Part shown: one piece after another, positions 39,488-49,790 of the stretch
Layout of the letters: every line of letters begins with the position of its first letter
How positions within the stretch are numbered: the first letter of the stretch is position 1
NCBI GenBank assembly: GCA_964654465.1
Contig: CAZZIO010000018.1
Coordinates: forward strand, 14,957 to 78,956
From: an uncultured Dictyoglomota bacterium
GTDB lineage: Bacteria; Dictyoglomota; Dictyoglomia; Dictyoglomales; Dictyoglomaceae
Reading direction: 5' to 3'
Length of the DNA: 64,000 bases
The notes under the pieces: model-generated
Database searches by the model: none
What the model was told of the DNA's origin: nothing
The model's input: only the letters and a program-made list of their open reading frames with translations
Translations under genes and position numbers: made by a program

Positions 39488-40639
39488 ATGGAATACGTAT
39501 TAGATGAAAACTCCTTATCTATAGAGGACCTTGTAGATATTGTTAAGAAGAGATATATAATAACTCTTTCTGAAACTCTTTCTCAAAAAGTTAATCAATC
39601 TAATAATCTTCTAAATATATATATTAGACATTTTGACTCAATATTTAAAGATGAGAAATTTAATAAAATCTTCTCTAGTTCTTATTTAAATAAGGAGGAA
39701 AAAAGATCTATTATTATCACATTAATATACACTGCATCCAATGGAAATTCAGGCATAAGCTATAAAACCATAAAAGAGATTATAACTAAAATTGGTAGAT
39801 TAGAAGATATAGACATTCCAGAAACTTCTTTAAGTCCAATAAATATGCCTCCATATGGCTATATTTTATCCCACTTAGATACCTCAGATGTGGAAAGAAG
39901 AATAATTCTAAAAAGTAAGGGTTATTATATAGCTATCTTAGCTCTTTTATATTATAGATTAGAGATTATTAGAAAAATTCTATCGGTAATCTTTGTCCTA
40001 TATTATAGAACAGTGAAATTTCAAAACCCTTATATTGATCCCTATATTTTAGCTTCAAATCCTCATTTATCCTTGATTAAATTAGGAGAGAATATAAATA
40101 TCCTAACAAAAAAGGAAAATGATAGATCTTTATTGGATTTAAATTCTATTGAAATTTCTTTTCACAAACTCTGTCATCTTTATGATTTGTCCTACAAACT
40201 AAAAGAGATATTAAATATCGAATTAAACTCTTCCCAATTCCCTATAATTTTTAATATAGACAAAGAAAATTATGTTTTAAATCCTTTAAACACAACGGAA
40301 AAATATTTATTAACTATTTACTTGGAAAATATTACTAAAAATATTGTTGAGATTTTGTCTACCCTTTTTCCATCCTCCAAATATAAATTATTCACAATAA
40401 AAAACTCTAAAAATTATGAGAGCAGTATACTATATTTTAAAGAAACCATTCGTATAACAGAAGAGATTTTAAGTAAAATACTATTAGAACTTTTAAAAAT
40501 AAATAATTTACAAACTGAACTAAAAAATCTTTTAATAAATTTCCTGAAAGAATTTAAAATAAAAACTCAAGAAGAACTAACATTATCCCTTGAAAATCTA
40601 ATCTCCTTTTTAGAGAATCAAATAGAAGAACTATACTAA
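39488..40639 (+). CDS. Degenerate histidine/aromatic ammonia-lyase-fold protein lacking the MIO motif
   Basis: Colinear similarity to HutH segments (see findings); no ASG tripeptide. Confidence 0.55.
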   Translation: MEYVLDENSLSIEDLVDIVKKRYIITLSETLSQKVNQSNNLLNIYIRHFDSIFKDEKFNKIFSSSYLNKEEKRSIIITLIYTASNGNSGISYKTIKEIITKIGRLEDIDIPETSLSPINMPPYGYILSHLDTSDVERRIILKSKGYYIAILALLYYRLEIIRKILSVIFVLYYRTVKFQNPYIDPYILASNPHLSLIKLGENINILTKKENDRSLLDLNSIEISFHKLCHLYDLSYKLKEILNIELNSSQFPIIFNIDKENYVLNPLNTTEKYLLTIYLENITKNIVEILSTLFPSSKYKLFTIKNSKNYESSILYFKETIRITEEILSKILLELLKINNLQTELKNLLINFLKEFKIKTQEELTLSLENLISFLENQIEELY

Positions 40640-41275
40640 TTTAATTGTTTCTTTTATAACTCTAACAATCTTATCAATTTCCCACATACCCATATTGATT
40701 ACCATATGATATAATTCTGGGTCATTCCAATCTACATTATAAAACCTATATAGATATTCTTGAGCAGCCCTATCCTTTTCAGAGATGTATTTTAAGGCTT
40801 CCTCCTTTGAAAAACCCTTTTTCTTCATTATATTCTCAATTCTAAATTCTAAAGGAGCTATTACTCTTAGATGTAAAGTATGGGGAATATTCCTAAGAAG
40901 AATTTGTCCACCTCTTCCCACAATTACCACATTATCCCAATCCACCAACTTTTTAATTACTGCTTGTGTAAAGGCCAAAGAATTTTCTTCATCAAAAGTT
41001 TTTGTGGTAATAACGGTTCTACCTGTTTCATCTTTTTCTTTAACGGTTATCTTACCTAAGGGGGTCTTTCTGTTAAAAAGCTGTTCAAAAAAGCTTTTTA
41101 TTTTATAATTATCTTCATTGTAATCTATAACTTCAGCCTCGCTTAATCCAGAAGCAACAGCTATCTCTGTCATTAGGAGCTTATCAAAATACCTATATCT
41201 AAGTTCCTGTGATAACTTTTCTGCTAACTCATCTCCCATACTTCCTATCTGTCTTGATATGGTAATAATAGCCAC
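40631..41275 (-). CDS. Cytidylate kinase-like family protein
   Basis: ITISRQIGSMG, VIVGRGG, DPELYHMVIN. Confidence 0.85.
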   Translation of the reverse strand: MAIITISRQIGSMGDELAEKLSQELRYRYFDKLLMTEIAVASGLSEAEVIDYNEDNYKIKSFFEQLFNRKTPLGKITVKEKDETGRTVITTKTFDEENSLAFTQAVIKKLVDWDNVVIVGRGGQILLRNIPHTLHLRVIAPLEFRIENIMKKKGFSKEEALKYISEKDRAAQEYLYRFYNVDWNDPELYHMVINMGMWEIDKIVRVIKETIKLV

Positions 41276-41298
41276 AAAAACACCTCCCCCTAAAATGC

Positions 41299-41781
41299 TT
41301 AAAGTTTATATCCTATTTTTCTAAGAAATTCCTTTCTATGTTTCATATCTTCCTCTCCTTCAATTCCCTTTGGTTTCACACCATCAATTACTCCTAAAAC
41401 CCCTCTACCTATTCCGTCATCTGCAACTATTACTCTAAGAGAGTTAGCTGTAGCAGCAAAAATATTTACAACTTCTGGCACATGTTTTATAGCATTTAAA
41501 ACATTTATAGGATAAAAATTCTTTATAAATATTATAAAAGTATGGCCAGCAGCTATTTTTTGCATATTCTTTATGGCTAATTCCTCCATTTCTTGATCAG
41601 TACCTATATGCCTTATAAGGGCAGGACCCGAAGCCTCACAAAAAGCAATACCAAACTTTGCAAAAGGTACACTATTTACAATTGCCTCATATAAATCCTC
41701 TACAGTCTTTATAAAATGCGTCTGACCAAGTATCAAGTTAACATCTTCAGGTTTCTCAATCTCCACAATTTGAATCTCCAT
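41299..41781 (-). CDS. Adenosine-specific kinase family protein (PAE2307-like)
   Basis: [35 protein letters not shown]. Confidence 0.85.
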   Translation of the reverse strand: MEIQIVEIEKPEDVNLILGQTHFIKTVEDLYEAIVNSVPFAKFGIAFCEASGPALIRHIGTDQEMEELAIKNMQKIAAGHTFIIFIKNFYPINVLNAIKHVPEVVNIFAATANSLRVIVADDGIGRGVLGVIDGVKPKGIEGEEDMKHRKEFLRKIGYKL

Positions 41782-41810
41782 ATTTTCAACCCCTCCTATT
41801 CTAATTCTTT

Positions 41811-41843
41811 AAAAAAAAAGGGGAGGAATTTTCCTCCCCTTTT
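41811..41843 (-). terminator. Terminator after the Clp ATPase gene
   Basis: AAAAGGGGAGGA-ATTT-TCCTCCCCTTTT with a long T-run on the minus strand. Confidence 0.8.
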
Positions 41844-41850
41844 ATTAACT

Positions 41851-44535
41851 TCATTTTGCTTTAACTTCTTCGGTTATCTTTTCAAACTCTACTTGATTCT
41901 TTTCTTGATCATACTTAACCCTTATCTTATCTCCTTCTTGGATTGTACCATCTAACATGGCTTTAGCAAGCTTAGTTTCAATTTCATTCCTTATCTTTCT
42001 CTTAAGTTCTCTTGCTCCAAATTCTGGACTATATCCTATTTCAGCTAAAAATTCTATTACTGAATCGTCAAACATAAGATCTACATTCTGAGCTTTTGCT
42101 GTTCTTCTTACTCTTTCCAGTTGTAATTTCACAATATCCTTTATCTGCTCTTTAGTAAGAGCATGGAATACAATTATCTCGTCAATTCTATTGAGAAATT
42201 CAGGCCTAAAGTATTTCTTTAATATTTCCATAAGCTTTTCTTTCAATTGTTCATATGAAAGCTTATCCTTTCCGGTAGCACTTAAATTAGCCTGAATAAT
42301 ATCAGAACCAATATTACTTGTCATAATTACTATGGTATTTGTGAAATCTACAACCCTACCTTTTCCATCTGTAAGTCTACCAGCATCGAATACTTGTAAG
42401 AGAATGTTATGCACGTCTGGATGAGCCTTTTCTATTTCATCCAAAAGTATCACGCTATAAGGTCTACGACGAACTCTTTCTGTTAATTGGCCACCCTCTT
42501 CATATCCTACATATCCTGGTGGTGCACCAATTAGTCTTGATACAGTATGTCTCTCCATATACTCACTCATGTCAATCCTTATAATAGCATCTTCATCACC
42601 AAACACCGCCCATGCTAATGCTTTTGCTAATTCAGTCTTTCCTACTCCTGTAGGACCAAGGAACAAGAATGAAGCTATAGGCCTATTCTTTTCTCTTAAT
42701 CCTGCCCTTGCCAATCTTATAGCATCACTTACAGCTTTTATAGCTTCGTCTTGACCAACTACTCTTTCATGTAATTTTTCTTCAAGTCTTAATAATCTTT
42801 CTTTTTCGTCTACAGTAAGTTCTGTTACTGGAATACCAGTTAATGAGGAGACTATCTCTGCTACATGTTTGGCTCTAACTTCTGGTACCTCAGAAGCTCT
42901 TTCTTTCTGCCAAGCTTCAGTTTTTTCTTGAAGCTCTTTTTCAAGTTTTTGAATTTGTTCCTCTAATTCTTTAGCTCTATCATATTGTTTTCTTGATGTA
43001 GCATATTCCTGCTCTCTCTTTAGAGATTGTATCTTAGACTCTAATTCCTGAATTTCAGCCGGTCTTGAAGTAAGCATAATTCTTACTCTTGCAGCTGCTT
43101 GATCTATAAGATCAATAGCTTTATCTGGTAAGTACCTGTTAGTTATATATTTATCCGATAGCTCAGCTGCTGCAATTATTGCTTCATCTGTTATCTTTAC
43201 CTTATGATGGGCCTCAAATCTATCTCTAAGCCCTCTTAAAATCATAATTGTTTGTTCTACAGTTGGCTCAGCTATAAAGATAGGCTGGAATCTTCTTTCC
43301 AAAGCAGCATCCTTCTCTATATATTTTTGATATTCATTTAAAGTGGTTGCGCCAATTAAATGCAATTCACCTCTTGCAAGAGCAGGTTTAAAGGCATTAG
43401 CTATATCTAAGTTACCTTCTCCAGCAGCTCCTGCACCAACTATAGTATGAATTTCATCTATAAAGATAATTAAGTTGTCTTGATTAGCAATTATTTCATC
43501 AAGAATCTGCTTTACTCTTTCCTCTAATTCTCCTCTATACTTAGTACCAGCAACTATTGAGTTGATATTTAATTCTACTAATCTCTTATCTCTTAATACT
43601 TCTGGTACTTCGCCCTTAACAATTCTTTGTGCCAATCCTTCCACTATTGCTGTCTTTCCAACTCCAGGCTCTCCTATTAAAACAGGATTGTTTTTCTTTC
43701 TTCTTGCAAGTACTTCAATAACTGTCTCTATTTCTTTAGCTCTACCAATTACTGGATCAAGTTTTCCTTGTCTTGCTAGCTCTGTAAGATCACGAGAATA
43801 TTTATCTAAGGTAGGAGTATTAGTTCTTCTTCTTGTTTTTGCCTCCTCTTTACCTCTACCAACAACTTTAATTGTAGCTTGTCTTAAAGCCTGAGGAGAT
43901 AATCCATATTTTCTTAAAACAGTAGAGGCAAATCCCTCCTCTTCTTCGGCAAGTCCAATTAATAGATGCTCAGGACCTATATAATTATGTTCTAAATCCC
44001 TTGCAGCCATAAACGCTCTCTCTAAGGCACTCTTAAGCCTTGGAGAGATATCTACTTCTACTTCTTCTCCTTCAGGCTTGAAGCTACCCTTAGGAGCATT
44101 ATTTTCTATATATATCTTTATGTCCTGAGGAGAAAGTTTAAATTGTTTTAGTATTTCACCTACCACATCGTTATCAAGAAGAACATATAGCAAATGTTCT
44201 GTTCCTACTTGATTTTTCCCAAAATCTACAGCCTTTTTAGCTGCCTCCTGTAGCAAATTCTTTGAAACCTCACTCAAATAGTCTCCTATATCAATAGCCT
44301 CTCTTTCTCTTTCAGGGTATCTTCCAAAAGGAGAGCCAAATTCATCTCCAAAAAAGTCTCTAAAAAGATCTCCAAAGAATAACGATTCTAAAGGAGAATA
44401 ACTTCTTTCTTGTCTCCTTATTTTGCTATAACACTCTTCACAAATATCTAAGACACGCCTTTGACCATTTTTGATAGTATACACCCTTACAGTAGCAGGG
44501 TTTTGACTACAAATATCACATAATTTTCTACCCAT
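41851..44535 (-). CDS. clpG: Hsp100/Clp AAA+ protein, ClpG/ClpK-like disaggregase
   Basis: N-terminal CxxC..CxxC domain with SPLESLF, Clp N-domain, two AAA modules (GEPGVGKT, GPTGVGKT), short UVR-like M domain. Confidence 0.75.
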   Translation of the reverse strand: MGRKLCDICSQNPATVRVYTIKNGQRRVLDICEECYSKIRRQERSYSPLESLFFGDLFRDFFGDEFGSPFGRYPEREREAIDIGDYLSEVSKNLLQEAAKKAVDFGKNQVGTEHLLYVLLDNDVVGEILKQFKLSPQDIKIYIENNAPKGSFKPEGEEVEVDISPRLKSALERAFMAARDLEHNYIGPEHLLIGLAEEEEGFASTVLRKYGLSPQALRQATIKVVGRGKEEAKTRRRTNTPTLDKYSRDLTELARQGKLDPVIGRAKEIETVIEVLARRKKNNPVLIGEPGVGKTAIVEGLAQRIVKGEVPEVLRDKRLVELNINSIVAGTKYRGELEERVKQILDEIIANQDNLIIFIDEIHTIVGAGAAGEGNLDIANAFKPALARGELHLIGATTLNEYQKYIEKDAALERRFQPIFIAEPTVEQTIMILRGLRDRFEAHHKVKITDEAIIAAAELSDKYITNRYLPDKAIDLIDQAAARVRIMLTSRPAEIQELESKIQSLKREQEYATSRKQYDRAKELEEQIQKLEKELQEKTEAWQKERASEVPEVRAKHVAEIVSSLTGIPVTELTVDEKERLLRLEEKLHERVVGQDEAIKAVSDAIRLARAGLREKNRPIASFLFLGPTGVGKTELAKALAWAVFGDEDAIIRIDMSEYMERHTVSRLIGAPPGYVGYEEGGQLTERVRRRPYSVILLDEIEKAHPDVHNILLQVFDAGRLTDGKGRVVDFTNTIVIMTSNIGSDIIQANLSATGKDKLSYEQLKEKLMEILKKYFRPEFLNRIDEIIVFHALTKEQIKDIVKLQLERVRRTAKAQNVDLMFDDSVIEFLAEIGYSPEFGARELKRKIRNEIETKLAKAMLDGTIQEGDKIRVKYDQEKNQVEFEKITEEVKAK

Positions 44536-44602
44536 ACATTTCACCTCCTTTTTATTATATCAAATTTCACAAATTAATGTTCTATATATTAAAACTGTAT
44601 AT

Positions 44603-44631
44603 ATATTACATCTACATATTGTTTTTGTCAA
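44603..44631 (-). promoter_or_regulatory. Promoter of the Clp ATPase gene
   Basis: TTGACA-17nt-TAATAT. Confidence 0.6.
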
Positions 44632-44636
44632 CATAT

Positions 44637-44665
44637 TTGAAAGAATAATTTAAAAATTTTATAAT
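44637..44665 (+). promoter_or_regulatory. Promoter of suhB
   Basis: TTGAAA-17nt-TATAAT. Confidence 0.6.
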
Positions 44666-44700
44666 CAAAAGAAATGCTAACATCTGGAGGGAAAAGTATA

Positions 44701-45489
44701 ATGTTAAGATTTTTGGAATCTGCAATAAATATAGCCAAAAAGTCTGGAGATTTCATAGTTTCTCATTTAGAAGATGAGAAAATTATAGAATTAAAAGGAA
44801 TTTCTAATCTGGTTACTTCCATAGATAAAGAATCTGAGAAATTAATTATAAAATGTTTAGAAGAAAATTTTCCAGATCATTCCATATTAAGTGAAGAAAG
44901 GGGATTTTTGCAAAAAAAATCTGATTATACATGGATCATAGATCCATTGGATGGCACCACAAATTATGCCCATAGATTTCCTTTCTTTGGAGTAAGCATT
45001 GCTCTTAAATATAATGAAGAAATAATATTGGGAGTTATATATGATCCCATAAGAAAAGAATTATTTTTCGCCTTAAAAAATGAAGGGGCTTATTTGAATG
45101 ATAAAAAAGTAGCAGTATCAAAAACTAAGAATATTGCAGATGCACTAATAAGTACAGGCATGCCATATGAACTAACCCTAGATGAAAAAAATTTCTTACC
45201 TTTTATTAATTTATCTTCAAGAACACATGGAATAAGAAGAGCAGGATCTGCAGCATTAGAGATTGCTTATGTGGCCTGCGGAAGATTAGATGGCTTTTGG
45301 GCAAGAAAACTAAAACCATGGGACATTGCAGCAGGAATAATTTTAGTAAAGGAGGCAGGAGGAAAAGTGACTGATTTTAACGGTAATGATATACAATTAG
45401 ATGATGATACTTTTTTAGCATCTAATGGACTTATTCATGATAATATGCTAGAGATCATAAAATTGGAAAGGATAGTGATTAAGAAATGA
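44701..45489 (+). CDS. suhB: Inositol monophosphatase family protein
   Basis: WIIDPLDGTTNY, RRAGSAAL, WDIAAG; ATG 44701 follows GGAGG. Confidence 0.92.
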   Translation: MLRFLESAINIAKKSGDFIVSHLEDEKIIELKGISNLVTSIDKESEKLIIKCLEENFPDHSILSEERGFLQKKSDYTWIIDPLDGTTNYAHRFPFFGVSIALKYNEEIILGVIYDPIRKELFFALKNEGAYLNDKKVAVSKTKNIADALISTGMPYELTLDEKNFLPFINLSSRTHGIRRAGSAALEIAYVACGRLDGFWARKLKPWDIAAGIILVKEAGGKVTDFNGNDIQLDDDTFLASNGLIHDNMLEIIKLERIVIKK

Positions 45490-45962
45490 AGATTTTTCCA
45501 TTTATACATTTTATTAATTCTCTTCTTCATATTTTTTCTCTTTCTTATCTTATTGGATCACCTACTTTTTTAGTTATTTTAGCATTAAAAGAAAAGTTCA
45601 ATAGAGAGGAATTTTTAAAAGTTATTAACAAATATATTTATTTTTCTTCCTTTTTCTATCTTCTTTTCTTTATTACTAATCTAAACTTCTTACTTATTGA
45701 TAATACCTTTTCTTACTTTTTCAAGAAAAATCCATATGTTAAAATTCTAATAGAAGTCTATGTACCATTTGTAATTGGAACTATACTTATGAGTTTGCAT
45801 CTTTATAGTAAGACATCTAAACTTTTAAAAGTCAAACTTCCAATACTTATACAAAAAGAATGGAGAAAGATTCAAATAGATCTTGTTGTTATAGTAGAGT
45901 TTTTCTTGGTTATAATAATTATTGAGGCATTAATTTTCTACTTAATTTATATAATACCTTAA
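45486..45962 (+). CDS. Hypothetical membrane protein (about 4 TM segments)
   Basis: Hydrophobic ORF overlapping the suhB stop (ATGA). Confidence 0.65.
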   Translation: MKIFPFIHFINSLLHIFSLSYLIGSPTFLVILALKEKFNREEFLKVINKYIYFSSFFYLLFFITNLNFLLIDNTFSYFFKKNPYVKILIEVYVPFVIGTILMSLHLYSKTSKLLKVKLPILIQKEWRKIQIDLVVIVEFFLVIIIIEALIFYLIYIIP

Positions 45963-45967
45963 AAGGT

Positions 45968-46044
45968 GCGCCCGTAGCTCAAAGGGATAGAGCATCGGTC
46001 TCCGAAGCCGGTGGTTGGAGGTTCAAATCCTCTCGGGCGCACCA
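45968..46044 (+). tRNA. tRNA-Arg(CCG)
   Basis: GCGCCCG acceptor stem, anticodon loop CTCCGAA, GTTCAAATC T-loop, encoded CCA. Confidence 0.95.
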
Positions 46045-46051
46045 ATAATTA

Positions 46052-48112
46052 TCAATAAACAATAAATTTCACACGAGTTTCCCAACTTTGATTTGGTCCT
46101 AAATTTATATGATAAAAATGTACAAAATCACTTCCTTGATATACTCTTTCAAACCCCTCTTCTGATAAAGATACAGTCTCAATAGGATATCTATAAACTT
46201 TTGTTTCCATATCAAGATAACAGTCTAAATTTATTCCAATACCAGAACTTATACCCCATCTATTTATACTCTCAACTCCCATAGAATTAAGAGGAGCCTT
46301 CTCATTTTTTGTAGAAAAATAATAAAAATCAGGATGATTAGGTGCCAAGAAATTTAAATTTATCTCCCATGAGAAATTCAAACTAATATTTTCATCTTTC
46401 AAATTTATAATTCGATAATATACTTCAATTTCATTCCTATCCTTAGGAATTAGAAAAATCTTGTATAATTCAAAATCTGAAAATCCCTTTTTAAAGGAAC
46501 AAAGGAATCTATTATTTTCTTCCTTTATATCATAGTCAAATTTCTCATAGAAAGTATCGATTATTAAATTTTCGTTATCTTTTAGTAATAAATCTATAGC
46601 TGGTTCTTTCTCATAAAATTTTTCAATAAAAGATACCCTTCTGTGTCTATCATAAAATAATACTTGATCTAATCCTTTCTCTTTAGCTGTCCATCTTTCA
46701 TGAATACTTTTTCCTAATACATATTCTTCTATTTTATGAAGCTTCTCATGATAAGCTTCTCTTCTACGGGTAAGAACATTAGTAAGATTAAAAGACTTAT
46801 TTTTAAAATCCCATTCTATTAATGATCCTCCATAAGAGGGTGAAAAATAAAGATTAAAAACAGAAGATTCAATGATAATCTCATCTTTACCGTCACAATC
46901 AAAGTCAAAAATATTATACTTGAAATCCCCATCAACAAAATTTTCTGCTTTAATTAAATGTTCATAAATAGCAGATCTTAAATGTGGAAGATAAAGTCCA
47001 CCAAAAATTCCATGCCAATACGCATCATTCGCTTGCCCTTGCCAAAGTTCCTCTAAGGCTTTATTTTTTAACTCATCATTATTCGATAAATCAATTTTTT
47101 TCCTCACATACAACATCTTCTTTTGCATATGATTTGATTCGTCATATTTGCTGAGAAAATTTCTCCAAAAACCCCCTTTAATAAATGGTGCATATATTTC
47201 CCATGTACCTTCATTCTTAAGTTTTTCTGCTAATCTCTCTAAATTTAATTGTGCATCTGGAAACAGAACCCATTCCATCATTTCTCTGTAGGAGGCTGTA
47301 GGTAAGTAAATTCTCCCTTTAGGGGGATATTTTTTCATGTACTCATATAAATTAACAGGTGTTATTAATAAAAAATTTTCCTCCAATTTCTCGAAAAACC
47401 TTTCAAGCCATTTTTCTTCATATACTAAATTATATGTATCAGGCCAAAGCCCAAATTTTTCTCCATCATCAAAAAGAAGAGCTATTCTATCTCCCTCTAC
47501 TGTTGCATACTTATCCAAATATTCTACTGTCTCTTGAGGATCTGCAAAAGGAATTAGATATCTCAATTTCATACTAATTGGAAAAACAGCTAATTTATAC
47601 CCTTCTTCTTCCATTAAGTAATAACCAAAAAGGTCATCTTCATTTAATCCAACTGATAGAAAATGAGCATCATCTACAATCACATACTCAATACCAGCCT
47701 CTGCTATAAATTTAACAAGATGAGGTTCCCAAACTCTTTCTGCAAGCCACATTCCTTTTGGCCTTTGCCCAAATTTATTATAGATATAATCATTTAGTTT
47801 TTTTATCTGCAAAATTTTATCTTTATCAGGTATTATGGGTAATATAGGTTCATAAAAACCACCGCTTAATATCTCAACTTGTTCCCTTTCTGATAAAGCC
47901 TTAAGAATCTGAAAATACTCTGGATGATTATTCTCCAACCAAAGCAATAAATATCCTGAAAAGTGGACATTGAAAGGAAATTTTGGATAGTTATAAAAAA
48001 ATTCAATAAGAGGCTTATAACACATTTGATATGCTCTTTCAATTACAAAGTCAAAGTTTCCTACAGGTTGATGATTATGCAGTCCTAAAGAAAAATATAT
48101 CTTTTTTTGCAT
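46052..48112 (-). CDS. amyA: GH57 alpha-amylase/4-alpha-glucanotransferase (AmyA type)
   Basis: HNHQPVGN, WLAERVW, DDGEKFG, QANDAYWHG; resembles Dictyoglomus AmyA as recalled. Confidence 0.9.
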   Translation of the reverse strand: MQKKIYFSLGLHNHQPVGNFDFVIERAYQMCYKPLIEFFYNYPKFPFNVHFSGYLLLWLENNHPEYFQILKALSEREQVEILSGGFYEPILPIIPDKDKILQIKKLNDYIYNKFGQRPKGMWLAERVWEPHLVKFIAEAGIEYVIVDDAHFLSVGLNEDDLFGYYLMEEEGYKLAVFPISMKLRYLIPFADPQETVEYLDKYATVEGDRIALLFDDGEKFGLWPDTYNLVYEEKWLERFFEKLEENFLLITPVNLYEYMKKYPPKGRIYLPTASYREMMEWVLFPDAQLNLERLAEKLKNEGTWEIYAPFIKGGFWRNFLSKYDESNHMQKKMLYVRKKIDLSNNDELKNKALEELWQGQANDAYWHGIFGGLYLPHLRSAIYEHLIKAENFVDGDFKYNIFDFDCDGKDEIIIESSVFNLYFSPSYGGSLIEWDFKNKSFNLTNVLTRRREAYHEKLHKIEEYVLGKSIHERWTAKEKGLDQVLFYDRHRRVSFIEKFYEKEPAIDLLLKDNENLIIDTFYEKFDYDIKEENNRFLCSFKKGFSDFELYKIFLIPKDRNEIEVYYRIINLKDENISLNFSWEINLNFLAPNHPDFYYFSTKNEKAPLNSMGVESINRWGISSGIGINLDCYLDMETKVYRYPIETVSLSEEGFERVYQGSDFVHFYHINLGPNQSWETRVKFIVY

Positions 48113-48115
48113 CCT

Positions 48116-49687
48116 CTACCTCCTTTCAAAGATTCTATAATTTAAGGACAAGAATAAAGAGTCTTTATCTTCTAATTTTTTCAATGTCCTATAATCTTCA
48201 ATAGATAATTTATCCTCATTTAAAAAATTAGATAGATCCTTAAAATTGTTATAGTGTTCATAAAATCTATTAAAACCATATTCTTTGGCTTGTCCTGTGG
48301 TAATTAAAAATGGCCAATCACTACTTTCAAGGAGTAATTTCTCTCTTCCCATTTGATTTAGTACCTTTTCCTTCCATAATGGAACTTTCTGTTCTTTTAC
48401 ACTTGAAACAATCTCTTCCATAAATTCCTCTATTTCATAAATTTTTTCCCATAATTTATAAGTTTCCTCATTAAGCCACACTTCATGTTTTCCACCTCTT
48501 CCCCATGATGATTCAGGAAGATCAATTCTTTCTTCTGGCTCAAATTTTTCTAATGCTAAGCTTGCGTTTATACTTTTAACCCTTTTACTTTCATTTAGAA
48601 GCTCAAACACTCTCTCAATAAACATGAGTCCCTCAAACCACCAATGTCCAAATAGTTCAGTATCATACATTGCAGTCACAATTCCCTCTTCTTTTATCTC
48701 ATTTTCTAAAATACTTACGAAATGTTCAGCATGTTCATAAACTCTACCTTTGGCTAACAATGGATCATAAACATCTTTTTCCCCTAATCCCTTGGTTTTA
48801 TCTGTTATTCTCCAGTACTGAATACCTGAAGTATCTGCTTTTTTGTGAAATTCTCTATAAACTCCATCTCCAGGATATCCCCATTCTGCAGACCAAACTT
48901 GCATACTCGTCTTACTATCTCTTCCAAAAACAACCACATTACTATCGGATACTAAATATGGTTTATAAATACTTCTTTCAGTATTTTTAATCTCTACTTC
49001 TTTCTTTTTAAAATAAGGATAATCCGAAGGTTCTCCACCAAGGATTGTATGGGTATCAACAAAGAAATACTTAATATCAAAATTCTCTAAAAATTTTTCA
49101 ATCCCAGGCTTATAGGCACATTCAGGAAGCCAAATACCCTTAGGAGGTCTGTTAAACTTTCTCAAATATGTCTCTTTACCAATATAAAGCTGAGCGTATA
49201 TAGATGAATTCTTTTTTAAAAGAGGCAAATATGCATGAGTTGCAGATGAGGTTATTATATCAAGATATCCTTCCCTCTGAAGATTACCCCAATATCCAAG
49301 AATATTATATGATATTTTATTCTTAAAAAAATCTAAAATCTCTTCAAAATACTCAATATAAAATTTTGCAACTTCTGATTCTTCCTTATTCTCCCTCTCA
49401 AATAAAACATAATCTTTTTGGGCCATTTCTAACTTATTGTTTATATATTTCTCAGTTTCATAAATCATATAAGAATCCATCATCATCTCAGATAGAACTG
49501 GAGTAACACCTATGGTTAAATGCCATTCAATACCCTTATCAATTAATCTATCAAAACATATGGAAAGGGGTATATAGGTTTCCAACATAGCCTCAAAGAA
49601 CCATTCCTCTCCAAAAGGCCATCTTCCAGCCTTTTTAACATAGGGAAGATGGGAATGAAGCACCAAATTAAAATATCTCTCTACCAT
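48116..49687 (-). CDS. GH57 1,4-alpha-glucan branching enzyme (DUF1957 type)
   Basis: HSHLPYV, WLPECAY, YDTELFGHWWFEG, ESSDWPF. Confidence 0.88.
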   Translation of the reverse strand: MVERYFNLVLHSHLPYVKKAGRWPFGEEWFFEAMLETYIPLSICFDRLIDKGIEWHLTIGVTPVLSEMMMDSYMIYETEKYINNKLEMAQKDYVLFERENKEESEVAKFYIEYFEEILDFFKNKISYNILGYWGNLQREGYLDIITSSATHAYLPLLKKNSSIYAQLYIGKETYLRKFNRPPKGIWLPECAYKPGIEKFLENFDIKYFFVDTHTILGGEPSDYPYFKKKEVEIKNTERSIYKPYLVSDSNVVVFGRDSKTSMQVWSAEWGYPGDGVYREFHKKADTSGIQYWRITDKTKGLGEKDVYDPLLAKGRVYEHAEHFVSILENEIKEEGIVTAMYDTELFGHWWFEGLMFIERVFELLNESKRVKSINASLALEKFEPEERIDLPESSWGRGGKHEVWLNEETYKLWEKIYEIEEFMEEIVSSVKEQKVPLWKEKVLNQMGREKLLLESSDWPFLITTGQAKEYGFNRFYEHYNNFKDLSNFLNEDKLSIEDYRTLKKLEDKDSLFLSLNYRIFERR

Positions 49688-49727
49688 ATTAATCCTCCTT
49701 ATTAACACATGTTAATAATTATATATA

Positions 49728-49758
49728 AAGGAAGGGGGAATTTGGTTCCCCCTTCCTT
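49728..49758 (-). terminator. Terminator after the sugar ABC ATPase gene
   Basis: AAGGAAGGGGGAA-loop-TTCCCCCTTCCTT. Confidence 0.75.
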
Positions 49759-49790
49759 AACATCCCTAATACCCCTTTCCTTAATAATCC

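Noticed and set aside
44536..44700. CIRCE or CtsR heat-shock operator upstream of the Clp ATPase
   Set aside because: No TTAGCACTC-N9-GAGTGCTAA and no convincing CtsR heptad repeat visible
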